Counted from the first letter of the stretch, positions 14,048 through 30,607 are shown. The stretch: 64,000 bases of DNA from Amoebidium appalachense (GCA_963693365.1 CAVNZM010000003.1:10322101-10386100); one strand, 5' to 3'. The notes: generated by a model not told the origin, from the letters alone. Made by a program: numbers and translations.

Positions 14048-14804
14048 CCCCCCCCCCCCCCCCCCCCCCCCCCGTATCTCTCTCTCCCTTGTTTCTGTGG
14101 GCACAGATATCGGTAGATCTGTGCACACCTGGCTCTCTTGCCTGATAAGAACTTATTGTGTTTTTATTTCTGTTTGCTCTCCTCTGTTTATCTGAGAGGT
14201 AGCGTGATTGGCTAGCCTCACTCGTTGTCTTTCCTTTATTTCAAAATGGCTTAGTTTTGTTCTCAAAAGGATGGCTCGCCAATAGTCGCGAGCGAGTACA
14301 TCTGTAGATTGTGTTGTGCATTCCTGTCTGTTAATATATGTGTGTTGTGATTGGACAATAGATATATATGGAATTCGGTTTATTGCAAAGTGTCATCACT
14401 TTGAAAGTGTCGACTGTCAGGAAATATATGTATTTAAATAAGTTTCTTTATAGAGACGAACATAAATATATATGTGAGTTAATAGTGACTAGATGTATAA
14501 TTACTTAATTTATTTAAGTAAGAGTTTCTACACTTTAGTTTAATCGGAAGTTGGAATGTGTATGCTCTGTCGGAATGTGTTTTTCTATCTTCTGATAGAA
14601 CCGATTGGTTCTCCCTCTTTAGTTGTGATAAGGTGATAAGTCGCAAGTACAAAAGGAACCGAGAGCACAATAAAGATTCAGTTGTTGTTTGAAATCTTTC
14701 AATGTCTCGTGAACAACTCCGATTGCCCTCTCATTAATGTGTTAAGTCGTGTTTTACATGACACCTCTGTGCACTCTGCTCCCTTAGACCCGTACAAAAC
14801 AACA
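13862..14804 (+). mobile_element. Solo LTR (family C, Copia-like)
   Basis: Termini are TGTTGGAATACG...AAAACAACA with the 5-bp TSD ATAGC at 13857-13861 and 14805-14809. A second, interrupted copy lies at 56249-63762 (-). Confidence 0.9.
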
Positions 14805-15342
14805 ATAGCACGTTCCAACCCTCCGCCGCCGGCACGCCTACACATGACGCCTAGGCCTGTGTATCATAATTAGCGCCATACAATAGTTGTACTTGAGCAT
14901 TGACGGCATTATTTCGTGATTTAAAATATAGTTTTCCCAGTCGAAATAAAGTTCACATGCCCTTTTGCGCGGTTTGATCTGAATCATCCGATAATGATGA
15001 TTCATGACTTGGAGGCGTGCGCAACGGAGTCCCCGGCGCCGGCCTACAACTCGGGAGGCATGCGCTGGTTCCCCCGCACATTAGAGAAGGTGGCAGCTGC
15101 TGACTGTTCAACTTATGTACAAGGTTTCTCCACTTTTTTCTTTTTAGTTAAATCCATGTGATTTTAAAAGATAGCTGAAAGCGCATTCCCTCTGGAATAT
15201 ATGACTTTTGGATTTTGTCCTGGTGCAGAGACTAGCGATCTTGCTAGCCTTGAGATCACAACCTAACCACTGCCGATGGTTGTGATGACGCCAGTAAAGG
15301 CGTGCTGGCTTTTACCCCAGCGAGAAGAGGATGAGAAAAAGA

Positions 15343-15415
15343 TGATCCCGACGGGATTTGAACCCGCGACCCCTCTAACTCCGGTCGAGTGCTCTACCAA
15401 CTGAGCTACGAGATC
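15343..15415 (-). tRNA. tRNA-like sequence in the 3' LTR (nominal anticodon GGA, short variable loop; probably not a translating tRNA)
   Basis: Sequence: GATCTCG TA GCTCAGTTGGTAGAGC A CTCGA CCGGAGT TAGAG GGGTC GCGGG TTCAAAT CCCGT CGGGATC A. It has a 7-bp acceptor stem, A and B boxes, and TTTTT 2 nt downstream. It also has C instead of U at position 33 and one anticodon-stem mismatch. Confidence 0.7.
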
Positions 15416-15707
15416 GGTTAAGATCTCGCAGGCCACCAGCCGATCATGATCTGTGCGATCGGACTGGATAACGATACCATCTTCCAACATCCCCACTCAG
15501 GACGAATCGCAGAATCAGGTTAGGGTGGACTGCCCCCTCAGTCCCCACTGAACCCCTGTTCATGCTACCATTTTGGATTTTGTCCTGGTGCAGAGACTAG
15601 CGATCTTGCTAGCCTTGAGATCACAACCTAACCACTGCCGATGGTTGTGATGACGCCAGTAAAGGCGTGCTGGCTTTTACCCCAGCGAGAAGAGGATGAG
15701 AAAAAGA

Positions 15708-15780
15708 TGATCCCGACGGGATTTGAACCCGCGACCCCTCTATCTCCGGTCGAGTGCTCTACCAACTGAGCTACGAGATC
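15708..15780 (-). tRNA. tRNA-like sequence in the 5' LTR
   Basis: Identical to 15343-15415 except for one anticodon-loop base (CCGGAGA). Confidence 0.7.
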
Positions 15781-16185
15781 GGTTAAGATCTCGCAGGCCA
15801 CCAGCCGATCATGATCTGATTCATGCGATCGGACTGGATAACGATACCATCTTCCAACAGTTAAATCCATGTGATTTTAAAAGATAGCTGAAAGCGCATT
15901 CCCTCTGGAATATATGACCACAGTTATTTCTGTGAACCCATTTTGGGGGTTGGGAGACTCCGAGAGGTTCAACTGAAAATTTTGAAATCCAGCCTGAGAA
16001 AGAAAATGTATCCGGTCAAAATTTATAATTTATACTTGCTTTCATTGCTTTATTGGCTCGACTCACACTACACAATACCGGATCGAATCGTCCCAAAATA
16101 CACAAACCCGTCCCGGCCCACTGGACCGAATCCACTAGCAGCTACTGCTATCGAGGGAGCACACACCCCCAGGCACACACACACA

Positions 16186-16236
<51 letters not shown>

Positions 16237-16299
16237 TGTGCAGATATCTATGTTAAGTGCGTCCGCGCGCGCAGGCGTGTGTGTGGTGTCCGCGTGCGC

Positions 16300-16344
<45 letters not shown>

Positions 16345-16385
16345 ACGGTGTGTGTGTGTGTGTGTGGGTGGGTGGGTGGGTGGGT

Positions 16386-16436
<51 letters not shown>

Positions 16437-16793
16437 GAAAGTAAGCTTGAAAGCTGCGACGGGGAAAGAAAATATGTGCGGTCGGGAGGGTGGGCGATGA
16501 GAGAGGAGGCGACGGGGAATATGCTAATAGACGACCGTCGGCTTATATACCCATAAGCCTCCTCTACCAGGCCGCTGATTGGCCACAGAACCATTGTGGC
16601 CCAATCAGACGACCGAAGAATAAGTTAATAAATGGAATTGTCCAATCAATTCAGACATTTATAACTTATACTTGCTACCTACGTCCACTATATACGGATT
16701 TTTGCTCTGCAACGACAACTAAAACCCACTAGATTAGTGTCGATCAAATTTCACAAAACTTTACATAATATACAGTACATTTTTGAGCACAGT

Positions 16794-17778
16794 TTACGAC
16801 AGTCGCACAGGGTCTAACTCGCGCAGGTCGCTGATGTACTCGTGGTCATCGGGGGTAGGGACGTGGCCCAACCCGTAGTTGTCCTCAGGGGTTTGGCCGG
16901 TGAGATTCCACACCCCCAGGTGCTTGATGGCTGGAAAGGGGATGCCAATTGCACGAGCAGCGCCGACCATGCCGTGACGGAGGCAGTGCCAGGTGATGCC
17001 GGTAGCCAGGGCGGGGAGCACGCCGAGGGCCTGCACCGCGCTGCGCAGCCAGCTGACGTCCTTGGTAGCGTTGGTGCAAGAGGGGGCTGGTGGGCTGCCG
17101 GATGTGCGCGCAGGCGCGCAGTAACAGCTGTGCGCACATGGGGGGAACCATGCGGTGGCGCACAGAGGGCTGAATCTACTTGCCAGCTGCCTGCTTGATG
17201 GTTCGAAAGGTCAGGTGGAGGCGTCGGGCTCCAGTGGGGGTGGGGTCCCCCCAGGTCAGGTCCCCCACCTGTACTGCAGCAGCGGTGCTCCACCGTAGGC
17301 CAAACAGGTAGCTCAACAGCATCCCCGCTAGCCAGCGGTCACCGTCGGGGTCCTGCCGGCCCAGCTGTGCGATGAGCAGGCCGGTGACCCAGGGTGCGTC
17401 AAACCGTTTTGGGTCGGGCGGGGTGGCGGTGGTGGTCTGGTAGGCCCTGCCGTAGGACTTCTTGATGGTTGCAAGGATGGCCTGGTCCAAATAGGGAATG
17501 TGCCACAGCAGGTGTACCTGGCGCAGGGCGGCAAACTTGCAGTCTGACGTGCTGGGGTGGTACGGGCGCGCTAGCAGGTGAGCCGCATAAGCCAAAGCTA
17601 CGTGTTCGGTAAGGGGCCAGGCAGCTAACTCGTGGGTGGCGCAAAAGGTGAGGTACTGGATTACCTCGGCTTGATATGCGCGCCACGTGTTCGCACTGAG
17701 GAGCTGCTCCACCTGTCCAGCTGCTGGCCAGTGGGGCGCAGGTTGCCAGGCAGTGACGAAATTACCGCCGCACGCCAC
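16794..17778 (-). pseudogene. Degenerate tyrosine recombinase (DIRS/Ngaro/Crypton-type)
   Basis: Motifs are an N-terminal LSANTWRAY, FGLR (R), RTIK (K), HCLRHG (HxxR), HLGVW and DNY (Y). There is one in-frame TAG at 17176-17178 and a frameshift near 17070. Confidence 0.8.
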
Positions 17779-17859
17779 TCGCTAAACACCCCCACGGTGG
17801 CAGGGGGGTTCTGGTGGCCGGGGAGCTTGCTGGGGCGGCTGCACGGGGAAGGGGGCCTT

Positions 17860-21590
<3,731 letters not shown>

Positions 21591-21594
21591 CCCC

Positions 21595-21638
<44 letters not shown>

Positions 21639-22593
21639 GGCCAACCCACCCCCTCTTACACAGAGTCTCTGGCTGCAACTACCGTTCTGGCAACCGCCGG
21701 GGAGGGCGCGCACATATGCATCCGTTGAAAGTTGTCGCCCACGACAGCACCCAGGCGATGGGCGGGATCCGTCGCGCCAAGAGTCCCAGCGCACCAATAG
21801 TTATTATGAACAGCAGTTGAATGCGATTGGCTTCTGCCAGCGAATCAGTTGGCCCCAACACATGCTCGGTCATAGTTCAGAATGTGCACAATGCCTCACC
21901 GTGTTGAGAACTTGAGGACGGTGGCAGCCGTGTGTGTGTGTGTGTGTATGTATAAATAAATCGAAACCTAATAAGGCGTGTACCTAGTACTACGTCTCTA
22001 GCTTCACTACCGAAACACACAGGCATGATGCATCAGTACTGCACTGAACATGTCCGACTGAGTCCTGACTCCCCGAGTCCGTTCGCGGCAGATATCGATG
22101 GATAATCCGGAAAATGCAGCCTCGGATGGATATTCGAAGCTCTGTGGAAGAATAAGCCTTCGACACCGTGACTGTGTCAACGGTTCACAAATTATGCAGC
22201 GTGAGTGAGTTATCAGGCAATACATAAAATGATAAAACTTGAAAAGAAAAAAAAGTTCTGTAGACCCAAAAAAGACCGCCTGGTGTTTATAGTTTGTTCA
22301 ATCAACTTTTTTCCGCCAAAGCCATGCGCATGCCACAATCCACAGTGATGTAAAAAAATGTTAGGCCAATCAAATTGTGGTCATCAAAATGTAACCCGAA
22401 CTTCCGCCAATCACAATAGAGTAACATTATAGCCAATTAAATCACTGAAATAATGGACCTCAGCAAGTATATAAACGGAACATGCAGTCAGTTATCGCTC
22501 ATCCGTGCCGTGCCACCTTGACTTTCTTCACATCACACATCATACTCTTACGCCGCGGGTTCCTACACCACCACCAACAAACAAACAGCTAAA

Positions 22594-23857
22594 ATGCAGC
22601 TCAACGCGTATATGCTGACTGTGGCCGCGGCCCTCTCTCTCCACGAGGTATCCGCTCTCCCCGCTGTAGGCAACCGCGGCATGAATCTGGGCTCCTCCGG
22701 CTATGTTTCCCCGGCTGCCGCCACCGGATGCACTCTGCCCAACGGAGGCAGGCTCGGGCACGGGTTCAGAACGACATACAACGGCTGCGACTGCACATGC
22801 AGCGGCATCTCACTCGTGTGGGCCAGCGGCTGCAACGGAAATGAAAAGGGTTCGAACAACGGCGGCAAGTCGAATAACGGCTACAACGAATATTCCAACA
22901 GCTACAACGGAAATAACGGCTACAACGGGAAGAACGAAAAGAATGACAACAAGGGGGAGGACAAGGGAAACAACGGAAAATCCTATGAGTGGGGCAAGTG
23001 CGGAAGCTCCAACAACGGACAAGGCAACGGTGCAAGCAATACCGGCAACGCCTACGGTGGGGCCAAATCCAACGATGATACATATGGGAAAAACGGCAAC
23101 GCATACGGCCAAAGCGGCGGCAACGGTCAGGGTAATGCCTGGGACATGAACGGTGGCTATAAGAGTGGTTATGGCTCCGGATACAGTTCAGGTTCAAACA
23201 ACGCCGGCGAAAACGGCAACAACAACGGTAACGCTTATGCCTACGGTCGTGCCTGCCGTACACCCAATGGCTGGGACCTCCCCCACGGCCGCATTGGCCG
23301 TGTCAACAACTGCATCTGCCGGTGCAACGACGGTGCCCTCTCCTACAACACGGACTGCAACCCTCGCCCTAACCCGGGTCCTGCCCCCGCCCCCATGCCT
23401 GCCCCCGCCCCTGCCCCCGCCCCCGGACCTGGGCCTGTTAACCCCATTCAGTGTATCGATGCCTACGGTAGGCCAATCAAATGCCCTACCCCTTCCCCTG
23501 CCCCCGCCCCGGCTCCAGCCCCTGCCCCAGCCCCTGCCCCCCGCTCCGGCTCCGGCTCCGTCACCCTCCCCAGCCCCCGCCCCCGCTCCCATTGGGTGCA
23601 TTGACGCTTACGGTAGACCCATCCCGTGCCCTGCTCCTTCCCCGGCCCCGGCTCCAGCACCCGCACCCGCACCCGCGCCTTACCCTAATTCGTGTGTCGG
23701 GCCTAACGGTATGCCAATTAATGTCGGTGCGACCACCAGCCTCAACTGCCAACTGTGCACGTGTGATGCCAGCGGGCTGAGTTGTTTGGATGACCCGGCA
23801 TGCGGCAGAGGGTATGGTGAGGTGACTGATGTGGTGAATGGGCAGGGGACTGCATAA
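22594..23857 (+). CDS. Intronless secreted protein: signal peptide, VWC-like Cys modules, Gly/Asn-rich spacer, (PA)n linkers
   Basis: ORF 22594-23604 continues into ORF 23153-23857 across one extra C in a C-run near 23540, which is likely an assembly error. It has three C-x3-G...C-x-C-x2-G-type modules and two CIDAYGRPI.CP repeats. Confidence 0.75.
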
Positions 23858-24326
23858 AATTTAATATCACGACTTCATAAAATTTAATATCACGTGATGT
23901 TGTAACTGTTTTACAGTTGCCTTTTATGGAAGCCAAGTTGCCTTTTATGGGACTGTGGAAATATCACGTGATGTTGGAAATCTTTGCAGTCGCCTGTTGT
24001 GGAAACAGTTGTCTTTTGTGAGTATTTGTGGTGGACGGTTGTGTTGTAGCAAAGGCTAATGGGCTAATGCTATGTCTTGACCCGCAGTATGTTGTGGTGT
24101 AGAAAGTTGTAAGTACAGTAACTGTATATAATGCAGCATGCAGTATCAACGGGGATAACCACCTCCTTTCCTGTCTTCCCCCAATCCCAACGTGCAGGTG
24201 AGAGTGTGATACATTATTGATTATTTCCCCCCCCCCTTCCCCCCTCCCCATCCTCCTCCTCCAGGACCTCCCCTCCCTCCCCTCCTCTCTCACCGCCACC
24301 ACACACGCGCACCCACACACGTGCGC

Positions 24327-24363
<37 letters not shown>

Positions 24364-24949
24364 CGAATCCGGGATTCCCACCCACCCACCTCACTTCCCC
24401 CCAGGATACGCGCACACACACACACATCGAGTCCTTGGTCAGCCGGAATTTTAGAGATTACATGGCTCGATCCTAATGTAACACATCCCCCTGGGCCCCC
24501 TCTCATGAGAGTTGTCGCTAAGGCTATAAAAAAAATTTTTTTGCCCTGCGTGTTCAAAAATCTTTTTTTTTGCCCTGCGTGTTCAACTTTTTTTTTTACC
24601 GAAAAAAAGTTGAAGGCTATAAAACCTTTTTTTTTGCCCTGCGTGTTCACAGTTTATTTCGGTAAAAAAAAAAGTTGCCAATATAAATTATTCATCGAAT
24701 AAAACATAATGGGCCGGCCAGACAGAATTGACGAACCAGGGTGACTTCAATCGGAAAAAGCACCCCCCCCCCCCCCCCCCCCCCCCACAAACAAAAAAAA
24801 AAAAAAAAAAAAAAAACGCCTTCTCCTTCCTCGACCGGGACCTCCAGGTCACCCAGCTGCTGGCTCGCCCTCCCCTCAAGAGGCTAGATGCAGATGGGGG
24901 TGGTGGATCTGGACCAGGTGGGAATTTTTTTTTTTTTTTTTTTTTTTTG

Positions 24950-24984
<35 letters not shown>

Positions 24985-25761
24985 TGTTTGGGGGGGAGGG
25001 GGGGGGGGGGGGGGGGGGGGGGGCTGGAGGGATTTATAAAAAAGAGATGTGTGCACCTGTCTGTGTTCCACATGTGCCAAGGTTCAACGGTTTCATGTTC
25101 TCGGTGTGTGCTTGCTCGTGCATGCATGTGGCCATGGAAAGCTGTACCTCTAGTGTAGCCTCCTCCCCCGTATTTTTCAGTTTAATTTTAATTAGTTAGT
25201 GATTATGTTAGTTAGATTTCCCCGGTATATATAGATGTCGATATTAGTCCCTGGCCAATCTAACTGTTTACACCACCCAATCATTGACAAGTTGCTGCAA
25301 TGGTTGACCGGCTAAGACTGATTGCATATTGCAAACGACACTCCAGGCTCTTTTTCATGAAGAGCTACATGTACATATACGCACCGGTTAGCCAAATATG
25401 GAAATGTGGGCGGGAAGTTGTGGCGCCCCCCCCCCCCAAAAAAGTTTAAAAAACAAAAAGTAGGGATTATGGTTGATCCCGTCTTTGAAATCAGTAGTGC
25501 CGGCAAAAAGGTTAATGTATGCTTGTAACGTGTGCTTTCAATGGTTTATGAGTTGACCTGGGGAAATTGATACTGGTGGTGGTGGTGGTTTGGGGGGGGG
25601 GGGGGAAGGGGGTTGGGGGGGGGGGAGGGGGGGGGGGGGGGAGGTGGGGGAGTGGGAAGGAGATCGTAAAGTTTGGGGTCGGTGCGAGGACATGGCACCT
25701 TTAGGAAGTGGGATGAAAGGAAACAAGGAATGCTGGTTTTGTGTGCCGATAAATGCATAGT

Positions 25762-26006
25762 GTACTACTGATACCGCCCGCGAATAGGAACCCCCAAAAT
25801 GTGGCCGGGGGGCGGAATCTTAAATTTTTTGGAGGGTCGGGGTCAGAATCTTACCATCCATCGTGAGTATGATCTATTCATCCGTCCGCCAATAAGATCA
25901 CCCCCGAAAACTTGCCGGGGGGCCGAATCTAAAAGAAAAAACCGGTTTTGCCGGGGGCGAAATCTTATTGGTGGGGGTTCTTATTCGCGGACGGTATCTG
26001 TAGTAC
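25762..26006. mobile_element. MITE (~245 bp)
   Basis: Imperfect ~32-bp TIRs TACTACTGATACCGCCCGCGAATAGGAACCCC / GGGGTTCTTATTCGCGGACGGTATCTGTAGTA; no ORF. Confidence 0.75.
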
Positions 26007-26604
26007 GAGCTTTTTCATAGTATGGTGCATGGTGCACATGTGTCTAATATGGTATAATGTGCGTGTGTTGGTGTATTCAAATATGCATTTCTTACATCCG
26101 GACTATATTTATGAGCATGTGTTTTAATACGTGTGTCATACTATGTCAGACACACGATGCGATGATTAAAAGACGCAGATTAGCTATTTGATATTACGTC
26201 TAACCGACAAGCCATCTAATGGACTTGATTTGGCTGCCTAGGTTTTTATTCACGTAATAATTATGCAGACTAATTACTCGCTGTGTGCTCACTCAGTGAA
26301 CATATTCTATATACGTGGCTCCGTCTGATATCCATTTGACCATCCTTATGCTCCTTGAATGGGAACTTATCTATCCCACACATCGAATATCCCAGCCACA
26401 ACAATCAATGTATCTATATACATATTTGGATATACTTGGTTATATCTGGACAAATAGGTGCCCGGGTTTGCTGCAAACAATACAACATTCACAAAGATAG
26501 ATAGGCTCCATATGGTCTTCACATCCCGGAACAAAGCATCCCTGGCATTAAAAAAGAAAGAAAAAGTAAAAGAAGCGAAGAGCCCCCCCCCCCCCCCAAA
26601 AAAA

Positions 26605-26680
<76 letters not shown>

Positions 26681-26929
26681 CAAAAGGATTTCGGAGGCAA
26701 TTGCAATACATGATATATTTACAGGGAAATGCAAAGGTAGTTTTTGCGAATCAATTGACCAACACGTCTAGATAGGTTGAATGGTAAACAGAGAATTGAG
26801 GGAATTTCTTATTGCTATGCCATATCGGATAAATTGTATAATTGAACTAACATAGAGTCCTAATAATAAGCACGAAGACAACAAAAAGCACACCACTTAC
26901 GGATTGCAAAAAAAAAAAAAACGGGAGAT

Positions 26930-27655
26930 TTAGACCCCCACCGATTCCTTTCTCACCAATAAGAAAGCTGACGTCGACATTCGGCTCGTGCTCTCAGACG
27001 CCGTGTCCATCTGACTGCTTGCACCGGCCTTTGCCCGTTTTCCGGGCTTTTTCTTTCCGTTTTCCGGAACAAGCGGGGCATCCATACTCGATATGCTGAT
27101 GTCGTCCCCGTCACCGCTCGTCATGCTCTTCCTTCTCCCGGGTTTCGAACCCCGTCTCGGATTCGAATTATTCAAATTTCCGGTATTTCCATCCTGAATT
27201 ACCGCCCCCACGGGAATGTCGTCCCCGCACATCTGCGACATGCCGTGCATGTTCAGGTTCACCTGCGAACTTGGGTTATATGGCATCTCGCTGTTTCCGA
27301 TTACCGATCTCTGGAGATTGATCTCTTCTTTTCGCAGGCGTCTGCGATGGCGTCTCCTCACGACGATTACAACCATGAAGGTGCAGCAGCAGCAACATAG
27401 AATCAGAAACGTAAATCCTGACACCAGCAGAATTACCCCGCCCGCGCTGGGTCCGCTGTGGGGGGGATCGCAAATTTAGTAGAGATTAGATTGTGAACGG
27501 AATCTCATGAAAACAAAGGCGAGATAAGTGTATGCCAAAATGTAGAACAGGCACATCATCCCCCCCCCCCCCTCCCCCCGGGAAAAGCCTCCCCACATAC
27601 CCACAACCCTTTGCAGCTTCTCCACTCTCCCCCCCCCCCCCCCTCCCCCCCCCCC

Positions 27656-27689
<34 letters not shown>

Positions 27690-28554
27690 CCACACACACA
27701 CGCATTATCCTTGCCTGTGATCGGCAGGCCTCGTGTCCACCCCCCCTGCATGAATCATATCATCGCCCCCGTCCGGCTTAGCAACCGTCACGCTCTTTTT
27801 CGCCTCCACAACCCCCACAGACCTCCTCCATTTTAAACTTAAACCTGAAACTGCGCGACGGCGACGGCGCCCTCCCATTGGTGCATTAGTTTTCTTCGCG
27901 CCCTCCGGTTGGTCGGTTAACTGGTCTATGGCATAGTCGACACGCACCGAAAACTGAAGCTCAATCATTGACGAAGGGATGTCAGGGTTGTAGCACGCCA
28001 GGCGGGCTGTGATTGGTAGACTAAAATTAATGCAGGGCGGCGATTGGCTGTTAGCCGGAATAAATTTCTGGTCGGATTCAGCCACGTCGAACACTGCGTT
28101 CATGTCTGCGAGCGACGGACATTGACCCTCGATCATTCTGCGCGTCACGTGCAAGATTTCGGCGTCCGTCACGTGAATTTTTGGGAAATTTGGAGAGGTA
28201 TTTGTGGTTTCCTTGCTGTTTAAGGCCACTGACCAGTAGGAAATACTCCCCAAATTTACGGAAGACGTCGCCGATTCGACGGCGTAAGTTTCGTTGGTGA
28301 ATATATTTGCCTCTCCGATCACGTAATCGGAAATATTCTGGCTCATCATCTGGCAGATGTCGAGCGAATCGAGATAAAGACGAAGCGTGATTGGTTCCTG
28401 AGCCGCCGATGCGCATTCCGTGTCGTTTGATTGGCAGATGAGCGGAATTTCGCTGACATCGTACTTGGCGGTGAGGTCGCAGCCGGAGACCAAAAAAGTG
28501 ATCACTTGCCAGCAGGGGGAGGATGGGGTGGCGTTGATGCACAGAGAGGGTAGA

Positions 28555-28589
<35 letters not shown>

Positions 28590-28858
28590 GGGGGGGAGGG
28601 GGGGGGGGGGGAGGGAGGGGGGGGGGGAGGGAGAGGTGAGGAGGGGGGAGGAGGGGAAAGGGAGGAGGTGGTGTCTGTGTGTGTGGGGGGGTTGTGTTTG
28701 TGTGTTAGGGGGGGGGGGGAGAGGGAGGGGGGTGCAGGTGTGTGTGGGGTGTGTATGTGTGTATAGTGTATTAGTTGTCCGTCTTACCCAGGGGTGAGAT
28801 GTGTGCATCTGTATGAGTGCATGCATGTATAGAATTGTGTGTATGTGTGTGTATGTCT

Positions 28859-28907
<49 letters not shown>

Positions 28908-29380
28908 GGGAGGGGGGGGGGGGGGGGGGGGGGAATGTGTGCGTGTTCATGTGCGCGTGTCCGCGTGTCGGCCTACATGTTTGCGAGTGGGAGTGAGTGT
29001 GTGGTTTGGTGTATGAGGGAATACATGTGCTTACGTGCAAAGTTCCCGCTAACAGGGGAATAAATGGACCACTGGGCTGCAGGACGCAGGCTGAAAAGAG
29101 GAGGTGTCAGGGGAGACGGTGGGGATGTTCGAAAATGGACGTGATAGCTCGTTTATGTATGTAGGTGGGATAGACTGATTGTGGTGTAGGTGAGATTAAA
29201 GCGAAAGTAAGTGGGAGCAAAAATTGACGAGAAAGCATAACCAAAAAGGTTTGCAACAAGCTTTTCACGAAAAAGGAAGCCCTGCACACCTGTAATCAAA
29301 TCCCGAACATGGACAGGAAGAGGATATGGTGGTGGTGTTTGTCGTGTCTGAATGGTGGTATGGATGTGCGCCTCACACGC

Positions 29381-29441
<61 letters not shown>

Positions 29442-29985
29442 TGTGTGAGTGTGTGTGTATGTGTGCCAAAGTGGAAGCGTGAGCGCGCACATGCTTGGCA
29501 TGTGTTGCCACGTAGTGTGTGTCTTTGGCGAGAGGGGGGGAGGGGGAAGGGGGAGGGGGGGGGGGGGGGTTAGCTACATTCCAATGTGCCGCATAAATCT
29601 TCTGATCGCGATCTCTAACAGAAATCGGTCCCTCGGCAGTTTCTGGAATTTCGACACCATTGGGGTTGCTCATATTGACAGAGACCAGTGTGGTCCGGTC
29701 AGGCTGGGGGGTCACAACGATGCCATTGAGTGAAATTTCAAATCTTGGGTGGGTCACGGAGGCCGTTGTGGTGATGCTTCTCTTCTGGTCCAGTTGAATC
29801 CTGCGGGCAAAATTTCAGCCTCCTATTTCCTACAATTTGTCTCCCCCACCCCCTATTGGCAAGTTTCATGTGCACACACACCCTCTGCTCACTCGCACAC
29901 TAAGACACATGGACACACACGGACACGCATGTGCACGCGGACGCACACACACACACGTGCAAACACACACACAGATCGACACACT

Positions 29986-30023
<38 letters not shown>

Positions 30024-30321
30024 AACACACGCGCGCAAACACACACAACACACACACACACACTGATACGCAAACCCACGTACACGCATACCACACCTGC
30101 ACATACACACAGAGCTGACAGAAGAGGGAGGGGAAGGGAGGGAGGGAAGAGCGAGAAGGGAAAGTGGATGTGTTCACCTTTCTCCTGTTCTAGAGCATAC
30201 TTCCCTGGCACACAAACTCCAACACACACATGCCCCCCCCCCCCCCCCCCCCCCCTCCCCTCCCCTGCAGAATCTCTCTCTTGGCCCCCCCTCCCCTCCC
30301 CTAGTCTCTAACCCTTCCCAG

Positions 30322-30352
<31 letters not shown>

Positions 30353-30575
30353 TTTCCTCCTCCCCCCGGCACCTTCCCCCCTTGTCAAGCACCCCTCTTT
30401 ACCTACCTCCCCCACCCACCCTGAGCACATACACAAGCACACACACACATACACACACAGACACGCACACACACATGCATGCACACACACGCGCGCGCAT
30501 GCACACACACACACACACACACACATGCACACATACCCCCCCCCCCCCCTCCACACACACACCCACCCACCTGGC

Positions 30576-30607
<32 letters not shown>

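Larger units (their letters stand above)
15206..15859 (-). mobile_element. TRIM (miniature non-autonomous LTR retrotransposon) whose LTRs each contain a tRNA-like Pol III cassette
   Basis: Two near-identical LTRs (15571-15859, 15206-15489) have termini TGTTGGA...TCCAAAA. The 81-bp internal region starts with PBS TGGTAGCATGAACAGGG and ends with PPT-like GAGTGGGGA. There is no ORF. Confidence 0.8.

Noticed and set aside
15280-15310. Possible hammerhead ribozyme (TGATGA-CGCC...GGCG)
   Set aside because: It lacks the core C of CUGAUGA and the GAAA after stem II.
15343-15415. Functional tRNA-Ser(GGA)
   Set aside because: It has no long variable arm, has C at position 33 and an anticodon-stem mismatch, and is embedded in an LTR.
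24538-24650. Three TTTTGCCCTGCGTGTTCA repeats, superficially CRISPR-like
   Set aside because: The context is eukaryotic, spacing is irregular and low-complexity, and no cas genes are present; they are more likely transposon subterminal repeats.
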